64,000 bases of DNA from Octopus vulgaris. Taxonomy: Eukaryota. Under the pieces are notes generated by a model. The model did no database searches. It was not told the DNA's origin and saw only the letters and a program-made list of their open reading frames with translations. A program made the position numbers and the translations under genes. Below, piece after piece: positions 1 through 12,606 of this stretch (its first letter is position 1; every line of letters begins with the position of its first letter). Where the stretch lies: contig OX597826.1 of the NCBI GenBank assembly GCA_951406725.2, positions 19,468,001 through 19,532,000 of the forward strand, written 5' to 3'.

Positions 1-2571
1 CTCTTTGTCGAGTTCAAAATTAAAATTGATAATAGAAATTCAAATCCAAAATTTGAACTAGGGCACCAGCGTTCCTAAGTTGATGGAATGACATCATCAG
101 TCTTCAATTTTCAAGTTTATAATTGGCAAAAAGAAAAAGAAAAAAGAGAAAAAAGGAGAAGGAAAGAAAAAGAGAAGAATATTTAATTAAACGGTTTTGT
201 GTAAATATGATGAATTCTTCTGTCATTTTTATTCCCTCCAGGGTGTGATGTTAATAACTCGCAAACATAACTCATGCATATTGAGGACTGAAAGTGTAGC
301 AGATTCAGAATATTTTCGGATAATATGCACTTTCAAGTCTTTTTCAGAATTGCAGCCGTTTGATGTAAAATGTTCGGCAAGTTCTGTCGAACTCCTGTTA
401 TTGTGCCTGAAATAATATCTGTGCCCATTGAATCTTTCGTTTAATTGTTCTGTTGTTCAACCAACATAAATCAAGTCGTGTTTGGTGCATTCTGCTGCGC
501 ACACCAAATTTCTGTTATGATTCCTGATAGAATTCACTTGACTCATGTTGTTTCACAATGAACAGGCCTTGCCTTTTGCGGCTGCTTTTCAAGGTACAGC
601 GTGCAAAAACTCCAATGTTAGTTTGTTTTTTTTAACCAGAAGTAGAGGTTAATAATTCTCTTATATTTTTATTCCGTCTATAGGCGGCTGAGGAAATATC
701 TGTTTGAAACGAAGATATTTTTCTGCAACATGCTGGTATCTTTCATGTAACACTTTTGAAATTCCAGCGAAATTTCGGTGTCAGTTACTCACTAAAGGAA
801 TTCTGTCACATAGTGTATTGTGTTTGCTAAAATTATGCGTAAAAATTTGACTTTCCTCGCTAATCTTAGCTATGTCATTTGCTATTTCCTTTAATCGTGA
901 TTCACTGGAACCGCGTTTGACATAATGGTGTACAAAGCATTTGTATCTTTCCGGTAATCCCTTATGTCAGTACAAATCCGTTTTATCCTTAAAATTGGGA
1001 TTTCGGATTTCACCGAATATTATGATTTGGATTATTGGAGCGGCGGTGGGGCTTGCAAAATAACTTTATCACTATTCTGCTTCCAGAAAACTTAAATTTT
1101 GTGCCCAAAAATTCAACGCTAGTTTTCGAAAAACAAGACGTAAAGCTTATGTTCGACTTAAAAGCCATAGCTTTTAGCGTAACAGTCACAGAAATGCAAG
1201 AAGTCAACTAGACTATCCTGTGATCCTTCCCAAACAAAAAAAGAAAAACTTCATCAATGAATTGTTACTAGAGTATTGGCTCATGACCATGTAAGGATTT
1301 GATTGTCTTCAGTAACTGTGTCTCGAATTTCGTCATGAAGACATTAGCGAAATTAACTGCTATGAGGGTACCCCTGGCGCGACCCCTCGTCTGGTGGTTA
1401 AATTTTTGTCCAAACTTCATTGCGTTTCTTCGTAACACAAACCTCAATAGCCTACAGATAGAATTAGATGGAATACTTTTGTTTGGCCGTTTTTCAAAGG
1501 CATTCATGCATGTTTCTATCCTTTCATCGTGGTCAATATTGGGATATAAGGAAGAAACATCCATGATTACCAAAAAACAGCTTTCAACATGGCTTTGGTG
1601 CTTAAAAGAAGCTGTTGATTTTAGACACAAAATCAAAAGTATCCCAAATGGATGTTATATGTTCATAAGAACTTGATCTTTTTTGCGACAGGGAGTAGAA
1701 AGTCATCCAGCCATTCCGAAATTTTGGCCGTACAACATCCATATTCGCAGCAAATTGGACGCATCAGAAGAAATCTTTCGAATTTTTTGTGTATTTTGGA
1801 GAGACCATAGAATACAGGTGTTCTACTTTATGACCGTAAACTCTTGGATTCTGCCTTATTAATGAAATTATTTTCCTCCATTTCCAGAATTATGTTGTCA
1901 AGTTCCTCTCTGAAATTGGGGTTTGGATCGACAGGTAATTCTTCATATTAAGTTTTGTCACTTAAAACTTCTTCCCTTTTGTCCATAACAGCGTCTCCCT
2001 TATCCGCCATTTTAATAACAATAGAATCGTTATTAGCTAGATGACGGAGTGCGTAACGCTGGGAATTTATGTGGTTATTCCAGGACTTCTTTTCACTTGT
2101 TTTTAGGTTTTCTCTGATGCCTGTCTGACAAGATTCAAGAAATTCCAGTAGTGCTTGTGAACATTCATCCCGAACTTTATCTGGATACCAATTAGGATTC
2201 TTTTCAATCCAATTATGCCAGATTCAATCATCATCATTTTTATTTTCAGTAAGCATAGGGTTTTCTGACTCTTCGTTACCATTTTTTTCATAAACATATT
2301 CCTTCAGCTTGTGACGGCGGACAAACTGAAATAGCTCTTGAGCTAGTTTATTCTTGTCGAAATTCTTAGTGCTTGGGCAGAAACTCAGTCCAAGTTCCAA
2401 GACTGAGACATCGTCGGGAGAAAGTTTTAGTTTAGATAAATTTATGACTGACTTATTCTCTGGTGTAATGAATTTCCTTGGGCAAGTGCTTTTCAGAGTC
2501 TTAATTTCATTAGTTACCTGACTACCTTTTGGGCTTTGCTTGAAGTTTTCACCTAAAACATGGAACCTCAT
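1..2571 (-). mobile_element. Degenerate Penelope-like retroelement (RT + GIY-YIG endonuclease)
   Basis: Minus-strand fragments: N-terminal VINLSKLKLSPDDVSVLELGLSFCP (2224-2571), RT MDVSSLYPNIDHDE..QTRG..GTLIAVNFANVFM (1268-1636), GIY-YIG NLVCAAECTKHDLIYVG*TTEQLNERFNGH..ELAEHF (about 360-510). Many stops and frameshifts. Confidence 0.85.
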
Positions 2572-2759
2572 TTCCCCAATCTACAGGTGCATATATTGAG
2601 AGAAGGACCTTCACTCGGACCGCTTAAATTAGTTGGAAAAAGAGTACTCCTCTTTCCATCCTCACTTTCTTTATTGAGTAAAACTTGAGAGCCTCGCAAA
2701 AGGGAGAAAAAGACAAATGTGTCTGTCTTCTGCCATTTCAGCCTGGTCCACCACACCAC

Positions 2760-4673
2760 AATCTCTTTAACATAAGAGACTAGACATATAAACCCGGCTT
2801 GTCCCTTCCCAGCTGAAGGGAAGCAGTGGGACGATTTTCACAATGGACTCGGCTGATAGGTCCGTCCTGCACACGACAGCAGGTATTCGACAAAACTCCA
2901 CAAAACAGCGATGATCGAGCACGCAGAATAGATTCGACGTTTTGCGCGTATCTTGGGCAGGCCGGGCAGAAAGCATTTCAAAGCCAGTAGAGTTTATCCT
3001 GAAGCAGCAATGCTTCACTCCACACCCAGTAGCACTGCTACACAAGAGATTTCTGAAAATTATCCATGGTTCCACAGCCTGAAAAATCTCTGGAACAGAC
3101 CAGCCAATTGATTCTCACCGTTGTCCAGAGTCTGCCTGCGAACCCCCTATAGAACTAAACACCCTATAGAACACTACCAACCACACTGCCCGACTGGCAG
3201 ATGGCTGTGAACGCCTAACGACATTCTAGATGCCAACCACCCTGCCTTGATCTGCACTTGATCCAGGATCGCAGCTCAAAGAGAAGACTTGCTCAAAGTC
3301 AACGAAATGCTGGAGATGTCGTGGCCTAAGCGCCGCTCTGGGCATCATCATCCACAGTATGCCGAGTCCTCCACTTAGCGGGCTTTTACAACAAATGGAA
3401 CCCTGACCAATGGAACGCATTCCTTCCACAGAAAGCAGAAAATTAGGCACTTCAGCCCGGTCAGACGTGAACTTGGACAAAACACGACAACCAAGCGGTA
3501 ATAAATGACGGAAGCAATGTAAACGCTAGCTACTTCTGCCTGACCGTTCAGAGATAGTTTTCTCCCGGATCATTTCTAAGTAAAACTGGTCACTCTGCTC
3601 GTCACCTAATCTCAGGTTTTTTCCACTTGGATATCTGGTCCAAACTAGATTCCGAACTTTTTCACAAGTCCATCCGTCCAGCACCCCACGACGCTGTTTG
3701 ACGGAATGAACATGCTTCTCTAGGTTCCGAACTGCAAGCCCAATGACATTTATTGGCTGGTTTTTGTTTCTGTCACCGTCTCGTAGTCACTTTCAGCAGT
3801 GTCGATCACCTTGACATGCCTGGTACCCGACACTATGACAGTTCATGAATGCCAAAACGGTTCCTCCACGTCCTAGCTTCCGCGGTAGTGGATTGGAAAG
3901 ATGAAAGGGCACAAACTTTACGACCAAGCGCATGATACTGGATGGTTCCGGTAGGTAACCATTCACACTAAAAACCAAGTAAATGTTACTGTACATTGTA
4001 TCTATCCAGCTGCGAAAGATGAGACCAAAACTGGTCGCCATTAGAACAGCCGCCAACTATTGGTGGTCGACGATCTCAAAAGTATCTAAATTGATCAGAG
4101 CCACACCTTGCCAAGTTTCTTACCTATCCGCCCTATGAAATATCACATGTGATTGACTAGCTCTGTACAGGATGGCGCATGTATGCGCATCACCTCTGGG
4201 ATTATTGACAACAAGCGCTAACCACTTTGGGAACACTCTCACCAAAATTTTAAAATTTGGGTTATGAGCCGAAAATTATCAATGTGATCCTCCTTGTTTG
4301 GGCTACTTTAAGTTCCGCTGTCACTCCTCGACTCACAGAACTTGGAATTCTCTCGTTGTGGTAGATATCTCCAAGCAGATATTTTGCAGTAGATATCATG
4401 AAATATTTCTGGCATATAAACGTAAAGTTGTTATGGCAGATCATGTAAATCAGGTGATTTGTCGTCCACTTGCTCGTGTAGCCAACTATCGCTTCCCGAA
4501 CTTATGCGGCTGTTATGGAATTTTCATAACACCATGTTTCTCTTGCCGAGAGCCGTAGCAGTTCATCGAAGTAGCACTAAAATCCATTTTGCGTTCTGGC
4601 CCTTTGTTCATTCATTCCAAACAGCTAGCCAACGACCGAACTAGATTTTTCATCGCGTACCACCATTTTTTGC
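2760..4673 (-). mobile_element. Degenerate L1/Tx1-like LINE, RT and C-terminal part
   Basis: Minus-strand translation FGI*FGPDIQVEK..RKLSLNGQAEVASVYIASVIYYRL..LIFCFLWKG..PLSGGLG. Same family as 31850-33050. Confidence 0.75.
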
Positions 4674-7600
4674 CATTTTTAGTCATTTGAAAAGACTATG
4701 GAATTTACAATTAACTGCACCAGGGTTCCTCTTCCCCAGGGAACCAGACCTAATGGTATACCTGCGGATATAGGTCCAGCCCCTGCTTTGCCGGGTCCTG
4801 TCTCTGATCACGTTGCACCTCCAAGGGCATCCATTGACGGTGATGTCCTCAATCTTAACAGACGGGTATCACCTGATGGAGAAGAGTCAGCTCCCAACCA
4901 AACAGCATCAAACAAACACCTCATCAGCTGTAAAAATCATACGATACTCAGCACCTTCAATGCCCGCACCCTCGGTTCTCTCGGCCGTCTAGAAGAACTT
5001 GGTGCAAATGCAGAATCACATGGCATTGATATAATAGCTGTCCAAGAACACCGATTTTACCACCCTGACAACATCCTCAAATACCATCTAGTCGGTTCTT
5101 ATCAACTTGTAACCTCCTCAGCATCAAAGAATACTGTTAATTCAACAGTTGGAGGTATCGGATTTCTACTTTCATCAAAAGCCAGTGATACTCTCTTGAG
5201 TATAGACTCAATCTCACCTAGAATTATGGTGCTTGAGATAGATGGAAACCCGAAAACAACATTGGTATGTGTGTATAGCCCACATAATTCGTCTGTGGCA
5301 GACGAGATTGAGAGTTTTTATACAACCCTTCGTTCAACCATTGAGCAAGTACCTCTCCATAATTTTCTAGTTATAGCTGGTGATCTGAATGCTAGACTAG
5401 GTCCCGATGAGACCAAGTTTACTTTCAACTCTAAAACTAATCGGAACGAAGAAATGCTCAAATACTTCTTAGAGGAATTTAATCTCTACACCTCCAACAG
5501 CTATTTTATGAAACCAAAAGGTCAACTTTGGACATTCGAGCCCCCACTTAGTGATAGGGCACAAATTGACTATCTCATCTTTCGAAAGAAATGGTGCAAT
5601 AGTGTTAAAAACTCGAGATCCTACTCTTCCTTTAGTTCTGTCGGCTCTGACCACAGAATTGTATCAGCTACCGTTAAGCTTAGTCTTCGCTCATCCAAAA
5701 AAGCTAAGCCTCACCGATGAAAACGATCGACTGGGAGGAAGTCTTGTCTAACCCCGATATGTCCAAACAATTTACTATTGAGGTCTATAACACATTTCAA
5801 TCTTTGTCTACTTCTGAAATAGATGCTGAGAACATTGAAAAGTATACAGCAGCCTCATCAAATCAACAGAGGAAGTTGCACTGGCTACTCTTCCCCAAAA
5901 GAAGAGTAGGGGCCAGAGCAAACCTTCTAATTCCCCAAATGTCATCGAAGCCAGAAACCATCTAAAGTCTATATCACTAGCTTACCACCGTTCTCCATCC
6001 CAGTCACTGAAGATCCAACTCATAGCTGCCAAGAAGAATCTTGATGACGCTTACTTGAACGCCGAGGTCGACTTTATCAATGGCAAAATTAGTAAACTAT
6101 CCAAAGAACACATTAGTAAAAAACACCATCTCGCCTGGAAATCCATCAAAGACCTATCAGGCAAAAATTCTGGGTCATCAATTAGAATTAAAGGGGGATC
6201 AGCTAAGAAGCGTTTAGAAAATTGGTCAACCCATTTTAAAAACCTCCTTGGGAAGAATGCCAAAATCCCTGATAACCCCACTCTTCCAAGTGTGCCTATA
6301 TCAGACACGCTGGACATCAACACCTCCCCTTTTACCATATTTGAACTAACAGCAGCCACCAAGCAACTAAAAGCCTCGAAAGCATTTGGTCCTGACAACA
6401 TCCCAGCTATAATTTGGAAGGATGATAGATTTCACACACTTTTGCTCAACCTCTGCAACCACACACTTTCCACCTTTGTCGCTCCAAAGATTTGGCACCA
6501 ATCTCAAATCATCCCAATACCCAAAAAAGGCGATTTATCCCTCGTCACCAACTACAGGGGTATATCTCTAATGTCAATTGCTGCAAAACTGTACAACAAA
6601 CTGATCCTAAATCGTCTTGTCCTTTTTGTTGAACCTTTGCTTCGAAAGAACCAAAATGGATTCAGACATGGGCGCTCAACGCTGAGCCAGATACTATGCC
6701 TACGCAGACTTATTGAAGAATCAAAAGCATTTAATCGCGATCTTGCAATGGTATTTGTAGACTTTTCTAAAGCGTTCGATTCTGTAGATAGGTACAAGAT
6801 GTTTGAAATCCTTAAGCTCTATGGGATACCAGACAAAATCATCTCTGCCATCAAGGTCCTCTACACAGATACGTCTTCAACCATCTTAACCCCTGACGGA
6901 GAAACATCATCTTTCTCAATCAAAGCCGGAATACTGCAGGGAGACACACTCGCCCCATTTCTTTTCATCATTGTTGTTGATTATGTGCTACGTATGTCAG
7001 TTGATACCATCTCTGGCAAGGGCTTTGAAATAAAACCAAGAAGAAGTTCCAGACACCCAGCTGAATACTTGACAGACACTGACTTTGCTGACGACATCGC
7101 TCTTATCAGTGATTCTCTCTCCAATGCCCAGTCTCTTTTACAATCTCTCGAACAAGCCTCAAATTGTGTAGGTCTTTACCTCAATGAGGCCAAGACTGAA
7201 TATATAAACAAGTGCCTGTCCAACAGTGATTGCATCATCCATACTCTCAACAATGCGCCCTTAAATATGGTTTCTGATTACAAATATCTTGGGTCATACA
7301 TATCATCATCTGGAAAAGACTTTCTAACTAGAAAGGGTATGGCCTGGTCAGCCTGTAATGACATGCATAAGATCTGGTCATCAAATCTAAGTAGAGACTT
7401 CAAACTTGAAATCTTCAAAGCCACAGTCGAACCAATTCTACTATATGGCTCAGAAACCTGGACGTTATCAAAGAAGCTTGAGAGGCGGTTGGATGGAACC
7501 TACACTCGCCTCCTTATGAGAACTCAAAATCTCTCGTGGAAGCGCCATCCAACCAAAATGCAAATATATGGGAAACTACCACCTGTGTCATCTCTTGTGA

Positions 7601-7844
7601 AAGGTAGGAGAGTCCAGTTTGCTGGACATTGTTGTAGAGCTGAAAAAGAGGTAATTTCTACTCTTCTCCTCTGGAAGCCATCTACTCGCAATACCAGAGG
7701 GCGCACACTCTCCTACCCTGATGTAATCTCCAGGGATACAGGCATCCAGCAACAGGACCTCCGTAATGCCATGATGGACCGTGAAGTCTGGCGTAGCATG
7801 GTAAATTCCATTGTCTTGACCACGGTCGAACAATGATGATGATG
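4674..7844 (+). mobile_element. Near full-length RTE-like LINE with 9-bp TSD and (TGA)n tail
   Basis: TSD attttttgc at 4665-4673 and 7845-7853. The tail tgatgatgatg overlaps the ORF stop. Removing the element rejoins the host Tx1-like frame (AVTESKKWWY). Confidence 0.92.
4698..7836 (+). pseudogene. APE endonuclease + reverse transcriptase ORF with two frameshifts (about 5716 and 5840)
   Basis: EN motifs TFNARTL, AVQEH, AGDLNA, IDY, GSDH. RT motifs NYRGISL, QNGFR, FVDFSKAFDSV, GILQGDTLAP, FADD, YKYLGS. The three provided ORFs are collinear and joinable. Confidence 0.9.
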
Positions 7845-8210
7845 ATTTTTTGCTTTCAGTAACCGCTTAATTAATTCACTAGTCCGGTCCCCATAAACAT
7901 GTCGTGCCGAGAGCGACGCGTTCAGCTTCTAGTAACCTGATCCCTGCTTACGAAGCCTATCTAGGTCGATGGTGCAGATAATAAATTCGTAGTCTGTATT
8001 GCCGACTATTTTGAAATGTGGGCAATGTATATTATCCTGAGGTTGCTGAGAAGGTAGCCATGCTTTCAGGGTGACCCCAGGTCATGTACTGCCTATTCTG
8101 GGCAATGTCATACTGGACAGAAGGAAAGTGAGGACGAATCGTTTATCTAATTCCCAACGAGGCACATGTGTTTCGTCCCGCCGGTTGGCTGTGGGTCGTT
8201 TCCACAAGCA
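7845..8210 (-). mobile_element. Upstream (endonuclease) part of the interrupted L1/Tx1-like LINE
   Basis: Minus-strand CPHFKIVGNTDYEFIICTIDLDRLRKQGSGY*KLNASL matches the L1-type SDH..GxGYWKLNxS end of the endonuclease. Confidence 0.7.
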
Positions 8211-8227
8211 GTTCTTTATCTTTCATG

Positions 8228-8460
8228 CTTTTACTTGTTCCAGTCATTAGACTGCGGCCATGATGAGGCACCGCCTTGAAGGATTTTAGTCGAACGAATT
8301 AACCCCAGTACATTTTTTTCTTTAAATCTTGGTACTTATTTCATCGGTCACTTTTGCCGAACACCTAGATTATGGGGACGCAAACACAACACCGATTGTC
8401 AAGAAGTGATGGGGTCAAACACATACAACACACACACACACACACACACATACACACACA
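8228..8460 (-). mobile_element. 3' half of tRNA-derived SINE family A
   Basis: Similar to the reverse complement of 18330-18520 (ttttacttgtt..cagtcatt.gactgcggccatg), followed by (CA)n. Confidence 0.75.
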
Positions 8461-8516
8461 TATATAGTACAAAGTAAGATAGGGGTTATGGGTGTAAACC
8501 ACTATGGAATAGCATT

Positions 8517-8556
<40 letters not shown>

Positions 8557-9747
8557 GGGAAGAAGAAAATGGAGGGGATCCAGAGGTAGTATGCATCAAC
8601 TGTTAGACATTATATTATGTCTATTTAATTATTTTAAACAATTATGGGAATATATATATACATGTGTAAAGATTGTGTTTTAATATATAAAGTACCAGTA
8701 ATTTCTAGAATAGAGAAAGGAGAACAGTTTCTTACGGCTGTTTCTGCTAAGAGGTCACAGTACCCCACATGTTATTTCCATCTTTTCAGTGTACTGTAGT
8801 GATTGGTAGATAAAATTAGGGTACTTGGGTGTTCCCCTAGGCTTCATCGCTCTTGGCACGACACGTTTACAGGGACCAGACAACAACAACCACCACCACC
8901 ACCACCACCAATATGACTAACTTGTTTGAAAAATATTGTAAATTCAACAGTTGACCCCATTATGTCCTTTGCTTCACTAAGTTTCTGTGAAAATACTTTT
9001 ACAACATTTCATACACAACATCCAACAATTGTAAATGTTTTATTTATCTTCATGGTAGAACTTTGAGAAATAAATTTTCAGCATGCTGAAGCCACAATGC
9101 AAGTTCACTTCTCAATAAAAACCATTTCACTTCTCTTATGATACTGCTAGTTGAGTTGTGACTTTCTGAACACCATGTTTATATATCACTTGTTCTAAAG
9201 TAGGACTTTTGGGATTTGTAGAAAAGAACCAAAATATTTTATTCACATGAGTATGAAGATTTGCAAAATAAGTTGACTAAAACAAGTATCAGTAATAATC
9301 TAACCCGTGTAAACCAATTGTACCCCTCTTTTATGGTTGTGTGTTTATGTTTTCTTATACTTCTAATTGTCATTCTGATAACTTAGACAACAAGCAAGGA
9401 ATTATTTTAATACCATGGGCAAATTGAAATTGCACAGGAACAAAATCATAGCTATTCATATGATCACACAAAGCAAAATGAATTAAATTGTTATAATGCC
9501 TTAATTAACCAAATATTCATAATATTGTTAATACTCAAAAACCAAAACAATTCAGAGTATAATGACACTTAACTAGCATGTCAACATTGGGTTTTCAATT
9601 TTTTTTTATGTACTTCATCAAAGTGTGGCTTATAAGTTGAATGTGTGTAAAATTTTGCTTACAAATGATGGATTCCTCATTTACAGAGTATTTAGTTTGA
9701 GATCTCACTATTTAGAATTTTATCTATCAAGTAATAAAATAGGCTAA

Positions 9748-9798
<51 letters not shown>

Positions 9799-11249
9799 AT
9801 ATACTACAATATATTGTGGGTAAATCAGTCTTTGGAGATGCAAGGCCATAGAGCTTATGTCAATTTCTATGAGGCTATGTGACACTGACTACTTTTCTCA
9901 GTGACATTAATGCTGTTTTTAAAATAAAATGGCTTCACTGAGAAACAAAATCAGATGATTACATTTTCATGAAGAAGGGAAAATGTTACAGCTTTCATGC
10001 TTTTCCCAAATGTTATTAAAGGCATCTGTGAAAATGAAAAAGAAATGAAACTATCAAATACAAAGATTTGTTAATAGACAAACAAGCTCCTATAAACGAG
10101 GGTCAGAGAATGTTCTATGCTTTTCAGCTTATATAACATTTGAGTGCAGCAGATTGCCGACATCTGTCTTTTATTTCTTTAGATAAATATTTACCAATGA
10201 TATTTTGTGTTCAAAGCAGTTATTAAAACCATTCATTAAATAAACATTTTAAACTGCTAATTGACTGACTACTACTGATAAAACATTATTTGGGGATTTT
10301 CATTCTTTAGTGACCAACTGTCATTTGAAATTAAGATATTTCATTACTGTTAATTTTCCAGTTAGCCAAATGAGCTTTTTATAATGAGAAATTGAACAAA
10401 ATCAATTGTGTTAAATAAATAAATGTACACATAAAAAAAAGTATTGGTGTTAAATGATGAATTCCACATTTGCTTTTTCTTTTTTCTGGAATTATTAAGT
10501 GGAGTTAATTTGGGGAAAATGTGTTTGCAAAGTCTCAATTTTAAGTAGAGAACCATTGGATGAAAAAGAGCAAGAAATTCAGTGGTCTTTATCTACTCAT
10601 AAACATTGTTTTAAGTCCTTTCATAATTAAGGGATTTAACTCATAGATTACACAGTCTACTTAGCTGTAAATAAGTTCCACATTCTAGGACGTATACCTG
10701 CAAAAACAATGGCTGTATTGTTCAGTCAGCTTCACTGAAATGATAGATAACTTATAGAACTTTCAGACTTTCTATGTTCTTAGTTTAATCTCATTGTAGC
10801 TAACTTTTCCCACCATCTGCCAGTTTTGATAAAATTAACTGCCTGACAGGAAATGAGGTGGGTGGGGCAATTCTACTGACTATATAACTTCCCCACAAAT
10901 TTGTGGATTTGTGTCAAAAAGAAAACATTATAATATATTTTACGTAATCGTTTGTTCCTGAAACTACTCAATTCAACTGCAATTAATTCTATTTATTTGA
11001 GGTTTAAAATGGTCTGAAATTTCATATTAGTTCTTTCTCCTGCTACTAAGCAATATTACCTCCCAGAAAGCACATTCCTGATTGCAGTCTGTGATTCTAT
11101 GTTATGAGCTTACTGTTCTTGATTCATTAATTTTATTATACAATGCTTAACCTACAACCAAAAGTCAACAATGTAAGCAAAAAATGGAAATAATAAAATA
11201 CTTATTTTCACTAACTCATCATTAATCAAATATTTAATTTCCTCTTTCC

Positions 11250-11530
<281 letters not shown>

Positions 11531-11989
11531 TTCCATAATTCTGTTTTTGTATTATTCTATTTTCCAAAGCTGTTCATAGGCAAGAAAGGTAAATGAGATA
11601 ATGCCCATAGTAAATTAAATTGCAATTTGTAAATATGAAAATACAATTTTTAACAAATTTCAGGCACTTAAATGTAAGTTTTAATTAAAAGTTTGAATTG
11701 TAGAGCAGGGGAGAATGAAAAAAATAGAATAGCAAATGTTTTCAACTGAGTTCTGGTTTACCCTTCTATTGCAACATAAAGTGTTTTTGATATGGGTTAT
11801 AACACCACACTGAAATATGATATAAGGTTTCATAGAATTGTACATAATATTCAGTTGGATTGTGATATATAATGTTCTACTGAACTGAGATTTAATATTC
11901 TAAACAATATTGGTATAATGTCCTAGAAAATTGTGATATTATGTTCTAATCAATTAAGTAATGATTTTTTGCATAATATTCTAATGAAT

Positions 11990-12180
11990 TGTAAGTTGGT
12001 AGAATCATTAGCATGCTGGGCAAAATGTTTAGCAGTGTTTCATCTTTACATTCTGAATTCAAATTCAACTAAGGTTGACTTTGCCTTTCATCCTTTCGGG
12101 GTCAATAACATAAGTACCAGTTGAGCACTGGGGTTGAGATATTCAACTTACCCCATCCTGGCCAAAATTTCAAACCAATA
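11990..12180 (+). mobile_element. SINE family B
   Basis: Core gttgactttgcctttcatcctttcggggtc..aagtaccagttgagcactgggg. A reverse-complement copy lies at 21662-21835. Confidence 0.7.
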
Positions 12181-12606
12181 TTCTAATGAATTGTGATATA
12201 ATGTGCAAATGAATTGCAGTATAACATTCTACAGAACAATAGTACAATATTCAAATGAATTATGATATGGTATTCCACTGAATTATGGAATAATATTCAA
12301 ATGAACTGTTGCATAAGGTTCTAATAATTAGGGAAAAATTCTTCTAAGAACTGGTACAATAATCAAATGAAATGTGGCAAAATGTTCTTATAAACTGTTG
12401 TGTAATATTCTACTGATTGTGGTATAATTTTCCACTGTAAATGACATAAAGTACTACAGAAATATGATATACAATTCTAATGAATAGTGGTGTAGTGTTA
12501 AAAGAAATGTGGTTTATATTTAATTGAATTTTGACATATTCTAAAGAGTTGCAGTCTAATGTTCTATTGAATTGTGTAATGTTATACAGAACTTTGCTAA
12601 ATTTGC

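Noticed and set aside
1-105. HHR downstream of the first PLE (minus-strand CUGAUGA at 94-100)
   Set aside because: The GAAA half is not visible within the window, so it cannot be confirmed.
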